A stretch of DNA of 64,000 nt from Ptychomitrium polyphyllum (Eukaryota): contig OZ316775.1 in assembly GCA_973851085.1 (NCBI GenBank), positions 8,618,001-8,682,000 of the forward strand, written 5' to 3'. A program made the translations under genes and the position numbers. Numbering within the stretch: the stretch's first letter is position 1; each line of letters starts with the position of its first letter. Positions 28,401 through 42,000 of this stretch are shown here, piece by piece. Below the pieces are notes generated by a model. That model saw only the letters and a list, made by a program, of their open reading frames with translations. It did not search any database and was not told where the DNA came from.

Positions 28401-29673
28401 GCTGCACGGTTCCTACTGTGGCTGGAAGTCCTCGTTTTTCTGCAAAGCATTTGGCATGGTGGTTGTACCTCTCATCTGATATATATGTGGAGGTTTGTCT
28501 AGGCAATTATCAACCTTGTAGCCAAATTTCCACAATACAAACACAACCTTTGCTCCCTTTGTCGCTTCTTCTCATGTTTGATAAGAGGCTTGAAGCAAAT
28601 TGCATCAATCTGCATGGCTTCCGCTTCCAAATACTTATTAGAGGTAAACAGGGCTGCAGCTATTGAAAAGTTGATATAAGGCCGAGGCATAATCAAAGTT
28701 TATTTATCTTCTTCACGTTGAAATAGACAATTATTACACTTCAAAGTTTGGCTGATGGCCTCATCAAGTGTTTGAAGGTCTAGCATGGATAGCAATAAAA
28801 CTTTTATCTTGTCGTGTACGCCTTAATGAAATTGACTCATTAGTGCTTCTTCTCCCCAATTCATGTCGCATGCAAGTTGTCAAAATTCTGATGCATAAAT
28901 TGATATAGAACGTGGCCTTTGGCATAAGGCACAAATCTTAGTAGTTGCAGAATGAAGCTTATTATGGTCACCAAATGCTTTTGTAAATGTGGCTAGGAAT
29001 GCTTCAAAGTTGCTAAGTATGGGAGAATTCTTCTCAAAAAGTGGTGCAAACTAGGACAATGTTTATTTTTAGAGCAACGTTCCTACCAAACCAATACGCA
29101 AAGTGTCCGTAGGATACTGCCAAAATTGAAGCAAGGCTAACAAACTGAATTTGGTTTACAAAGCCCCGGAATTTCAAATGCATACCATTAAACTTCTTTG
29201 GAAGGCTAATTCTTGGTTCTTTGGTTGTTGGCATTGAATTCCTAGCTTGAACTTGTCCGTCATCTACTAAATCAGGTCTAAACAATGATGCACCTAAATT
29301 GACTTGGAATAGCAACTTTGATGTTTTTGCTCCTTGACCATTGTGTATGGTCAAATATAGTTCTTTGTTTTGCTTGGATAAAGTCTTGATCTTGATCTTC
29401 AATGCTTCAAGGGCATTGATGATGGAATCTAACTTCATTTCTTTTAAATCAATCATATTGACTCCTTCACCCCCTGGTATAGAAATGAAGTGGGAATAGA
29501 GAAAAACTGCTATCTACGGAAGAAACTAAAGACATTTCAAGAAGAAATATCACTCCAAAGGAGGATAATCCGCAACTTCTAGAGTGCTATAGTGCTTTCA
29601 AGAAAGAAGGGTGATCCGCTTTCTATTAAGAAAGACCAAGCTTTGATATTGTTGTATGACAGCCTTGACAAAC

Positions 29674-30032
29674 TGTTACGGACAGAGTAACCACAAGACA
29701 AGGTTCCATGATTCCAGGATGTGGAACAAGATAAGTCCAACTATATTAGAGATATAGAGCTATAATAGGATACAAAAGACAAGGGCAGAAGGTGTGAATT
29801 AGACCACAACAGATGCATTATCGAGACTAAAGAGCTCTTCAACCTTGACTTCTATATATATTAGAACTACAAGCCTTAGAAGCTTCTTGAGAAGCTTTAC
29901 CTACATTGCTTTGTACTCAAGCAACCTTGAGTTGTTTCTTTAGAAGTTTTCTAAGCCAATGCAACTTCTTTGGAAGCTTTCTAAATCTTCTAAGAATCTT
30001 TCTAAATGCTTCTAATATGTATGTCCATAATA
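29674..30032 (-). repeat. 5' LTR of element B
   Basis: TGTTACGG...CCATAATA; direct repeat of 17660-18018. Confidence 0.9.
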
Positions 30033-33000
30033 GATAGCACTTTTAAAAGAAGCTAAAATTTGAATTCATTTGTGTCAATTCTGTTTAATAATATTTCCAT
30101 TTTTTTTCATGCTGCTTAAATTCCATTCAATTCTTATTTTAAAACCAACATGTATTTCTATTATAGACATGCATTGTATGCCTAAGTTCATACTTCTTAA
30201 GCCATTCATGTCCACTAATATATAGCATATTGAACATGTCTTTTTCCTAACAATAAGGGTTGTTTTAAGACATATTAAGAATAAACATTGTACTGATAAA
30301 AACAATTGAATTAGTGTGGTAAAACTTTGAATGGTGTCAAATATTGATGTTTTAAATAGATTCTAAATATCTTAAATGAATGTACACAATAAATTTGTTA
30401 TAATTTCCAATAATAATGCTATTATAATATATTTTTTAATAACATTAAAGAATCAATTGTGCTCTTTGTGCTTCCAAGACTTCCAAATTTTGACAAGAGT
30501 TTTATTAATACGCCAATGCATCTAAGAAAATGTAATAGCTAAGCAGCAAAGAAAATTCTTTTTAAAAAGATAAGCTGTCTTATTTCATTGTTGAATACAT
30601 GATTAATATAAGAAGCTATGAATATAGCATCCTTGCAACATATAATTTCTTATCAATTCTACACCGTAAAAGCATAAATGGTAATGTTATCATGATTTAT
30701 AAATAACAAAAAACTCAAAATCTTTTGTTGTGGCAAAAACTTGGATTTACAACCACATCCAATATATTTATTTTTTCCATAATTTGTACATGTTCTTTTA
30801 CTATAAGACAAAGTTGAGTAGACAATTCATCAATTTTAACAAATGAAAAATTGATGACCGACTCAAATAAAAAAAGAAGAGCTTCAAAGTTATTAAGAAC
30901 ATTGGTAACAATAATATTGTTGTTCATGTAGTTGTCATGGACATACATATTAGAAGCTTTCAAAATGACCAAAAAAACCTAATATGTAAGCTGTGAGCTA
31001 TGAGCAATAAGCAATGTGTAATGAGTAGTGAACAAAACAAAACTGCAGTGCAAACAAGGGTGCTATGAGAACCGGTTCATTACAGGCAAAGTGAGAATAG
31101 AGAATTGCAGCAGGAACTGTTAAAGAATGCCAGTAGCAATAGAGTTTCTAGAACTTTCACGGAAGAAAAAGGTCATGCCAAGTATTAAAAAAGAGATGGC
31201 AGAACTTTAGGGAAAGTCTTTTTTTTAAAGTATTTTTCTAGACTTTTAGTGGGGGATTATATTTTGTTTTTTGTTAAAGGAGAAAGTGTGAAGGAGAAGT
31301 ACTAGGAGAAAGGAAAAAGGAGAAATGCTAAGGAAAAGTGTTAGTTAAGTGAGTAATTAGTTTGAATAGAGCAGTGAAAAAGGTGCAATGAGTATTTAGG
31401 AAAAAATGTGGTTTGTGTGAGGAATGTCAATCTATTGTAATACCTTGATTTATTAAGGTTTCTTAATGCAAATATTTGAGTTATATCATCTTGTCATATT
31501 GTTGAATATTTAGTTGCAGCCAAAGGCTAAGTGTTTTTTTTTAAAGCAAAACTCTTTTATCACAACATCATGGATTGCATTTGAAAATGAAAAATAAGTG
31601 GATTATCTTTGTGGTGGAAAGTGAATTACAAAGGAATTAAATTACTATCACCATAGTATATTTCCAAAAAAAAAAGTACATTTTTCATAAATAGATTGTA
31701 ATTGTTTAAATTGCAATTAGTCCATAGAATCTCTCTATAGAAAATCTCTAAATAAGCAAAATCTACAATTTTATGGAATAATTACTATTTGTTATTGTTA
31801 GTTTAAATTTCATATATAGCATTTTAGAATTAAGAATAAAACTAACATCATATGATTTTTTTTTGTAATTAAGGTTTACCTTGAATGCTAAATTAAAGAT
31901 GTTTGCTATTATTTTTAATTTTGTCCTAATATATATCAAATAGTTTTGCGCAAAATGTAAAATCTAAAGTAGAAGTTTATTTTGTAATGAGGACCGTGTT
32001 TCTAAAATGATTTTATCCTTACAAATTACAATGAATTCTATAGTGAATTCCAAATTACAACAGATTTATGGCGTTATTATCATAAGAATATGACTTGGTA
32101 TCATTTCCGCACTTGAATAAGCATGTGTGCTTATCTAGGCTTGTTATTGCAGTATTAATAAAATCATTTCTTAGGTACAAAGTTTGAAAAACCAATCAAG
32201 AAATATATTTGCTCAACTGTATTACTTTGTTTGTTTCTTTAATTTTGCACCTAGACTTAAGGTCACCTTTTGGAATTTTATTTCATTTTGTAGAATTTAT
32301 TCTTCTTTAAGAATGTTGTTGGTAGAAATTTGCATTGGTAGATTCATTAAATGTTTGTCTATAAGAATTGGTTATACTAAGCCTATATTAAATCAAGCTT
32401 ATGTTCATTAAGATGCCTATATTTATTGATACACTCTAAATGACTATCATTTATAAACAATGTTGATTTAAGGCAATATCAAATTTAAATGTCTACTTTA
32501 ATGCAATTCCAATTTATTTAGAATATCACACATAAAACGTCATTCAAAATTCACCAAATTATTTTAAGATTGTGAAGTGAAAAATCTAACACCTCATTAA
32601 TAAAGGATAGTTTGTTTTTCAAATTTATGAATACTTATTTGATGTTTTTTTAGGAATGAAACTAAGATATGAATTTTAATGTAATTAAGAACATATTTTT
32701 CAATAAAATCAAAATTTATTATCAATAAATTTTTAAAAAGCTAAAAATTAACGAATTAGTTTTGTAACCACTAATTAATGAATGTACAATCATTCAAATT
32801 TCATTCAACAACCACCATAACTAAACCTATGTTCATTACATGTTTTCCCTCTTAAAGAAATATAAATTTATCTTCTTGTCCATTACCATCATTCCATATT
32901 CCATCTTCATCCAATATCAATTCATTACCTTCACTCACCAAATTTACACCACAAATGACACGAGACTAAACCTGGTCCTTGATAATATATGATAAAATAC

Positions 33001-33865
33001 ATGATATAACCCATATGAAATCCTACAAAATGTTGTGTCATAATGTGATGGTGGAGGAGAATATTTTAGAAATACTTAGCACATAATTCATTTTTGGTCA
33101 TCGAATTTCAATTAGGATAGATCAGGCGGCCTCGCTAGCGAGAGAGGCTGGTAGCGGGGGTGCGGGTAGCACAGCTGCAAAAATAACCAGTTGCCCCCAG
33201 TTAGGAGGATAGATGGTTCGCACAAATCGCGGGATAGAGTGGAAGCTCGCAAGCTAGGCTGCGAAGGAAATGCGCTGCAGTTCCAGGGATTCTAGAGGTT
33301 GGGGCGACCTCTAGCCAAGGTCCATGGCACGGGAGTTAGTAGGAGGGCGAGGGAGTTAGTTGGACTAGGCCCCAAATTTTTATACTTTTTTTTGTGGTGA
33401 TTGTTAGTAGAGGGATAAGGGATGTTAAAACTTTGTGCAACTAGGTTCATAAGCTCAAAAGAAAATTTGGTTCCCACAAACAATTGAGTATAGTTACTAT
33501 AATAACTTAAACATACAAGGATTATAGGCTTGAAGCCATAAAAACGTGTGATAGATTTTTGAGCCTCACTAATATGAACCCAAAAAACAAATTAAATACA
33601 AAAAATGAAGGTATACAAAATATTTGTAGAAGACAAGTGAAAGTAATCAATGAAGTTGTAGAGCTCAAATTACTTTTAGAGGATGAAGCGTCTATGCTTT
33701 TATCTTTTGTTTTTAAGTCTAAGAAGTGATCATCATGAGGATTGTTAGCCAATCTCTTTAGCAGTGGAGTTTGAAAAGCGGGCCATTGCCAAATTCATAG
33801 CAACAACCTTTGCATAAGTTGGAAGAACAAAGGACTTTGGAAGAAATATTGTAAAGGCTATCAAT

Positions 33866-34191
33866 TGTTATAAACAAAGTAACTATAAGACAAGGCTTCA
33901 CAATTCCAAAATATAGAACAAGATATGTCAAAGGCATAATAGAGGTAAAGAACTATAACAAGATATAAAGACAAGGCTAGAAGATCTGAACTAGACCACA
34001 AGAGATGCGTTGTCAAGACTAAAGATCCTTTTTACCTTGATTTCAGTATATACTAGAACTACAAGCCTTAGAAGCTTTTTGGGAAGCTTTTATTTACATG
34101 GATTTGTACTCAAGCAACTTTGAGTTATTTCCTTAGAAGCTTCTTAAATCTTCTAAGAACCTCTCTAAATGCTTCTAATATGTATGTGACA
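33866..34191 (-). mobile_element. Solo LTR, element B family
   Basis: Similar to 17660-18018; TG...CA ends; perfect TSD TCAAT on both sides. Confidence 0.9.
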
Positions 34192-36401
34192 TCAATCTAC
34201 AAATAATCATGCATTAGTAATAGAGATAACCATGGAAATAATTAAATAAGGGAATGGTGAGTCAAAAGAATCAATTGTAGAAAAGACTTCTTACGTACTC
34301 ACGCAATTGCGCTTTGCCATGTGACGGAAGGAGACATTGTTGTTAGCAGAGAGAGTATTCTTTGATAGATGAGCAAGTATTACAGAAGCTTATTTTTGAA
34401 GAAGTGCAAGCACTCTTTCAAAGATAAGCGGATTGGCTTCCAAAGAAATGATGTGACAATTCAAATTACAACAAGCATGAATTAAACCACCTTAATAAAA
34501 TAAATAAAGTAAGGCAATAATAAACTTCCAAATAGACGAGAAAATTTCAAAGGCATTACAAAGAGGTAGAAAATTACTTGTGGCTGCAATGACATTAGAA
34601 ATAGAATGCCAATAATTAAATATGCACAGCTTCTTTGACCTCTTAGATAATTGATTCAATTAGATAACAAAGGACTAAATCATTTGCATAATTATGTTTT
34701 TTGATATGCAAAGATGCCCAGAAAGATGAGGTATTCATCATTTGTAAAAGATTCTACAAGTCCATTATTAATTTGAATCCACAAAGGATCTCTATTACAA
34801 CAACACCACCACTAAAGTTGTCTATTTTCACTTCATGATTTTCTAATGCAACATAAAAAATCCCATTGCCTTCCATATATCCATTCAAAACAAAATATAA
34901 AGCTAAGTTCATCACATCATTCTAAAAAAAACGCTTTACAATCATGCGATATTTAAATTAAGCTCTTGGTTGAAACTCCATACTTTCAATGGAATAATTT
35001 GTATTAATTGATCCTTTTAAATGAGATCATGCATTTCTTTGTCAAGTTGCTTTGCCAAGTGGACTCATGATCCAATAGCTTAGACAAAATCAACTCAAAG
35101 TTACTATTGTTAAAAACGGTAAAAAATTCAATAAACTTAGCTCAATCTATTATTGATGTAACATAAAAATTCAAACACCTAGAACATGCAATTAGTATTG
35201 CCAAATAATACAACACAACTAAAAAATACAATAATAAGGGCTGCCAATTCCAGCAGCCATAATTAACTCGCCTCCTTTATTTTTGATTGCATTGTATTGT
35301 GTTGTATTGTGCTTCTAGGATATTTTTATATCTAACAAAACTTTGCAAAGTAAAGAGATGGTGGTACTGGCAGCTCTAGCAACAATTCTTCCACCTACTC
35401 TTTCACTTGGATCTACTGCAATGTGCAATCATTGAACTAGCCACTATTGTTAAGCTTCACAACAATGTGTACATGAAAAAATAACTTCCAAATAATCTTA
35501 GTGGCAAGTTGAAGAAATCATAGCAAGCGGGATATTAGTACCAACAAACTTAGCAACAACTCCTCCGCCTACTTTATCACTTAGGTCTACTATAAGGTGC
35601 AGTCATCGAATTGGCCATTGTTGCTAAGAATTATATATCTGCTCACATTACAAAAGAACTTCTAGGGATTTTATTTTGCTAATTGAAGTAATCTAAGTAG
35701 GAAGTTGCTAATATCGGCAGCCCTAGCGGCAATTCTTTACTGACTTTGGTTCATAGGTGTACCACAATGTGCACCCTCCGAGTTTGCTTTAAGTACATTA
35801 AAATTTATATAACAATGCTTAGCAGTGGATATTAGCAAAAGCAGCTCAACCAGCCTTTCTTTCCTTGCACTTTGTTGGTCAGCTTATTTGTATTGCTGTC
35901 ATCTACATTCTATACTAAGTACAATAAATAACAAAATTTCTCTTTTCCATGTGATACTCTTGATGCTAAAAGCAAAGATTAAAGACTAAAGCTTCAACAA
36001 GAAGTAAGATTACAAGGATAGCAGTCATATTTTCTACATGCATTAGCCAAAGGGGCTACCAAGACTGGTAGCCTTGCCTACTCTATTGTTGTTGACAGCA
36101 GCAACTTCTAAATGTATTGCAATAAAAGAATTAGTAGTATTTGGGATTGCAAATTCAACCTCTTTATGCAGTTAGAAGAAATAACCAAAGGGAGTGCTGG
36201 CTGCTCCCTTTGTTTTCCATGCTGACAGCAGCAACAATTGAATCCATTGTGTTGGAAGGTTGAACTCCTATTGACATTGTAATGACAAGCACAATAAAAC
36301 ATTGACAACCCTCCTTATCTGTCGTTGCCTAGTGCGGGAACTTCAACAAGTATCGACATAGTGACTTCACATACCTCCGCAACAAAAAAATATGTAGTCC
36401 T

Positions 36402-36879
36402 TGTCAGTGATACAGATCATGCAAACATAGTCTTTAGAACCTTCTAGATACTTTTGGTATATTGTAGTGGCTTCTTAGAAGACTTTCAATGTTTCCATAG
36501 CCATTCCACCTCTTTGGAAAGCTTCTTAAAAAGGTTCTAATTCCTTGGAAAACTTTGTAGGAAGGTTCCTTTTCCTTGGGGAATTTCTTAGGAGGTTCTA
36601 CATTCTTTGAAGAGCTTTTTAGGAAGGTTCGATTGACATCTAGAACATTCTTAAGCTTCTTAAGAAGCTTCTTTAGAAGTATCCTATGTGATACAAGCAT
36701 CATAGCATAATTAGGAGACAAGACAAGGTGTACCTTAGTGTTGCCAACACAAGTTGTAGATCATATTGTATCATGCCTTGCTCTAGTTTTTGAATCAAAA
36801 CTTGTTAGTCATTAATTCTTTGAAAGCTAATTATTGGAAAATACTTTGTATCTACTTCTTGTTTCTTGTGTCTCTAACA
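36402..36879 (+). mobile_element. Solo LTR, element A/C family
   Basis: Similar to 19103-19686; TGTCA...TAACA; perfect TSD GTCCT on both sides. Confidence 0.9.
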
Positions 36880-39029
36880 GTCCTAAACAAGAGTAAGCAC
36901 TAGCAAAATGATGGTGCTCACATCTGTAGCCCTTACTTGCCCCTAGTACTAGCATGTAGCAACTGTACAATTTACTAAGATAGTAACTTCAAGAACTAAC
37001 AAGACAGCTACTTTAGTAATCAGCGACTCCAGCAGCAAAGCCTATAGCAACCTCAAGATCAAGGAATCTAACAACTTCAGCAACCAAAAGTGGACGAGTG
37101 AAGGCATATAGTTCGTGCAGCCCCAAATCCCATCTTTTAGCTTGCCCGTTGCTCTCTTTGGCTTAAAACTAAGATTTTTGATCTTGCTTATTGTCGAGTT
37201 GAGTCACATCTAAATCTCCAAAAGTCAAAGCTGGTACCAATCAGAAAAAAATACTTACTTTGCCTTTGCTTGGGCTACTCTTTTAGAAGTGTTATTTTTG
37301 CTAACTCATATTGTGTGATTTGAAATTTGGTGCCTTTATATGTTTTATTTAGTGGATGATGGCAGAATTCAATGAAAAGGTTCAAGAAATTACCTTGGTC
37401 TATGCTAGTCCATCTGCGGCTGATTTTAACATCTTTGATGTTGTTGGTGGTGCGTCCAATTGATGCAAGGCATGAGTTCTCTCTTTGCATCTTTTCTAGG
37501 TCCTGGTCCTTTTTTAAATTAGTACACAATTGGAATGAGTTTAATCAAAGACTTGTATCTGTTGTATGACCACTTCATATTAAATCTCCTGAAAATGTCA
37601 AGTAAGTATAAGGCTGAACTATAATTTTTTTGTCAAGGAATACTCTATTTGCAAAGCACAGAACATTGACATATAACATTAGTTTACTTAAAACACTTAT
37701 CAATGTACTTATTTGAAATATTTCTTCAAAATCTTCATCTTCCATATTGCATTGTTTATCCATATTATCTAAATGCCTCTTCTCAGAGTTTGATGAAGGT
37801 ATGCTTAGTTGCTCATAGAAAATATTTAAATTGACTATGTTGTTGTTGTTACCAGAATTAAATGACAAAACCCTAGAAATGTCTACCATGTTTATTTCTT
37901 GGCTCTAGGCCTTTTAACTTTCCATTCTAGACATCTTTAGTTGTTTTCTATTGGAAAAGAATAATTCATGCTTTTGATGCTTTTTCTTCTAAACAATTGT
38001 AAGAATAGAAGATCCTAGGACCGTTCCTTTACACATTTGATAACCATGACATTACAATTTTAAGCCCCCAAATGCAATACTATCAACATCAATAGGGAAG
38101 TGACTTATGCCTTCTATTTAACCAACTCTAATTGCAAGCAGAATGAATGCTCAATCATACATCTTCAGTAAATTTATAATATTAATAATTTCTTTTGGCA
38201 TTGTAGTTAAAAAAATAGGTTGTCTTGTTTAACATACAATGTATTTTTTAGGTCATTATAACAATGCACTTCTTTATATTAAGCTACAATTTAAATAAAG
38301 ATGGATTCCATTTATAAAATATACATGCAACTTGCAATTCAATCTCTTTGCCGTCATAACCTTCCTATTATTTACTATATACTATCTTTAAATTCCTATT
38401 AATTCTTATATGCCATCTTTATCTTCTGATAATAATGCCTATTCAACTACCTTGATAATTCTTTCATGTTTCATACCAAATGTTCATGTAGCTTACTTCT
38501 TTGCTTATTTGCCATACTAATTCTTGCACATCTCACATTTTCTATTGTCTTGCAAAGCAATGGTGGACAACCTTACCTTAGTACTAGAAATGATGTTTAT
38601 TCTTGGTGATAGACAAAAAATTCGAATATTGTTTCCTATGGGAGATGATGGTTACAACAATATTAATTATATTTGTGTAAATCTTAGATTTCAATTTATT
38701 AAGGATTCTATGCATATTGATGGAAAAGTCTTTGATCAGGACTTAAAAGGTTTCATTTTTATTATTAGTCAAATTCCCTCAATGAATCTTAAGGGATTGG
38801 TTTGAGTTTTAAAACTCAACAAATACATAATCTATGGAATGACGGATGGCCTTCACAATAGATCCATTAAATATGAAATCTTAAATATGAAATCAAAACC
38901 AAACTCAAATGCATAACAAGCACACCCTCAAGTGCCCTTCCTAGCAAATAAAGAATCCCACCAATCAGCTAGGAACAAACACACACGTTGTTGGAGATGA
39001 TTGCCATGGTAATATTGCTGCAACACTTG

Positions 39030-42000
39030 TACACATCCAAAGTGTTGAAAACTTGAGAGAATCCAATTGCATGAAATAACTCCTCTGGCATTGACATCGG
39101 ATACTATTTTGACTTGGTCTTCTGATTAACTAGACGGTAATCTCCACACATCCGCTTTTCTATCCACTTGCCAAATATATCCTTCTTAGAAGGCATCATT
39201 AAGGCACAAGCATACTCCCTATTGGAGAGCTCAAGCAAACTTGGAGCCAATAACTATTGACAACAAATTTGAACACCAACTTTCTTTGAGGCACTCAACT
39301 TGTAAGGCCGTCGAAAGATTGGATGATCATCCTCCAACTGAATGTGAATGGATTTTCTTCTATAGAATGGATTTTCTTCTATAGACTTTAAGGTCGCTGA
39401 GGCTAAAGGCAAAACAGCAGCAATATGAACAAATAAAAGCCTGTACCCTTTGAGCTTTGGCACTTGTAAGATGTGGCCCTAATTCCAATGACTAATCATA
39501 AAACTCTGTGGTTTTTTTTTTTGCCAATTGAGAACCATTACATGTCGGCACAGCCTCTAATTGCTAATCTATAGCAAAAACAACTCCCATGCCTCCAGCA
39601 TCCTTACTAGAAGCCAAATGAGGAGCTTCACCACCATCATCTATGTGTGAGATGGCGGTTTCACTAGGACATGGAATACCTTGCAAAAAGAGCTGTGAGA
39701 ACATCTCTTGGGCATCTGCTCTTCCAAAGTCTTGCGCCAAAGCAGCAAAAACGCATTGAGCCTGTAGTTCTTCCGTTGCATGCCACTTCAAGCAAAAAAG
39801 TAACTCAGATCCTTAAGCTCAGTGAGTTTTGGCTCTACTGTCCCCTGAACATTGCTCTTTGACCTCAGAAAAAGCAAATGGCCATCATGATGTTGTTGGA
39901 CAGCAAGACAGATGCCAAAATCCATACCAAAGTGTTGAGGTCTATAACTTGGCTTAGAAGAAAGCAACGTTGACTCTCAGTGAGATCATGAGCAGTTGTG
40001 GTGCTTGTCAAAAAATCCATAGCGCGTACCCCTTCATCTGCAGTAGGCTCTTCTTGAATTTGTGAATGTGAAATCCCAAACCATGCCAAGCCCACATACT
40101 CGGAATGCAAAAGATCCCGGATATGTCACCAATGTGGGCAACGTGCCACGAGGTGCCTCTAGCTTGTTGACTAAAGCCAACGGAGACTCATTGTCTTTGG
40201 AAACAGCCAAGGGACCGCAATGATCATCTAAAATATCATCCACCTTGTGTCTAGTGGGTTGTTGGACTCTAGAAAGTGTTGCCGTGAGTACATGAGATGG
40301 TGCCAAGTTGGTCCAAATCCAACGAGGGCGATGTACGTAAGAACCCAATGATGCAACATCCACAAAGATTGGAGGACCAAGGAATTGGCAAATATATTGC
40401 CCATCTTTTAAAACCTTTGTCCGCGTATTATCTAATGGAGGCACATTCTCAAAAATATACCCAAGCAATGTAGCTTGGTGAGTAAACTACCACTTTGTAA
40501 GGCAGATCAAGTCTGCAAATAAACTTGACCAGGGGTCATTCAAACCCCGACCCGCTCCGACATGTGAATGGCCTTGATAAGGCCATCCAGCAATGAGTAA
40601 GTCAATATGGTCCAATCTCCTCAAATCCTAATCACTAATGAGAGTGACATCTTGAGGTAGTTGGCCAAAATAATCGTGAATGGCAGATGAAGGTAACTGC
40701 TCTAAATATAGAACCAATAACCTCTGAAGGTGATGTCGGGTTGCATGGTTGGATACAAACCCAATATTCTCATGAATGTACTATCGGACCTTAAGTATGG
40801 CCTCCAAAATTGTTGCCAAACAGGTACCAATGCCTGCAATTAGCTCCACATGGGTAATATCCTCAGTTGGTAGATGCCAATGAATAGGATGGGCAAAGGC
40901 AGATAGTGATGAGGTAGCTGGTACCTCCAAAAGCTCCAATAAAGCCACAATCTCCCGCCATTGCTAAGATAGCTCTACCGGAGTGCTCTACAATGGAAAT
41001 GGGTCCTTGCAATGTTGTGCAGGAACCTCTAAAGGTAGTAAATCATGTTGTGCCACTAAACTAGACATAAATGCAAATGTCTCCTCTAGTAAAATAGGTC
41101 TACTAGGTAAGTCTGCTGCTAAGGCGCTGCAACCAAATAAAGTCTTTGTTGACATAGTCATGGCAACTAATGCAAATGCTATAGGATTGAGTTTTTTCCT
41201 TCCATTTCCTGCGGACCATCCTAGCCTAATCCATGTCTCCTTAGTCCAGTTGATTAAACCAAAATTGAGCGGATAAAGTGCCTACTGACCAATTAAAATA
41301 TCATAGTTGGTAGCAGTTGTCACTGCCCAATGTAGTGACAAGTATGAATAAAAAGGTCTAGAACCAATGCGGAGAATCAACTGCAATGGTTGTCTACTAT
41401 AGCCAGTAGTACGCTCTGTGCCTCCAACTAAAGTGATGATGGTAAATAGACAAGGCTCAAGGTCTGCATCACCTAGACCTAGTTCTTGAGCAAGTCGCTT
41501 CCCAATCATAACTAGCTGAGCACCAGACTCCATTATAACACTCATCGGTGAAGTACGAGTGGCATTGCCATCGGTACGGTTAACAACAAATATATTGTTG
41601 TCATTAACTAGCTGCACCACTCCTAGTTGCATGTTCTGATGTTCCCAAGCAGGCCTAGTGATTGCTTGAGTCACTTCAAGAGATGGTATAGCCACCTTGC
41701 CTTCCAACATCTTGCCAACCAAGTGAAAATTTGGTGTTGCCATCTCAACAATGGAGAAAATAGGCATATACAATACTTTGTGTTCCAAGGTGTGTGCCAA
41801 GTCTCTAAAAGCTGTTCCTCCATCTTGTGCTAAAGTTGGAAGAATAAGTCAAGATGCAGAACCGACATCTGCAAGACTAAATGATAATGGCAATTGGATT
41901 TAGCCAATCTGATCTAGTAAACCACTATGACGCGTACGCACGCTTTGTTGTAATTCATCCATGTTGGTCGTCACCATTTTGACTGCTGTTTGGACACATG

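Larger units (their letters stand above)
17660..30032 (-). mobile_element. Ty3/Gypsy chromovirus, element B (decayed), interrupted by nested element A
   Basis: 359-bp LTRs at 17660-18018 and 29674-30032; perfect TSD GATAG on both sides; PPT AAAGGGAGGTGA next to the 3' LTR. Gag with zinc-knuckle remnant (LCLYCG), protease (ALMDLGA), RT (MPFGITNAP...YLYDILIYS), RNase H and integrase; chromodomain at ~18680-18780. Many stops. Confidence 0.93.

Noticed and set aside
34200..38900. Degenerate coding-like patches around the solo LTRs
   Set aside because: Too decayed to assign; no diagnostic motif identified with confidence.
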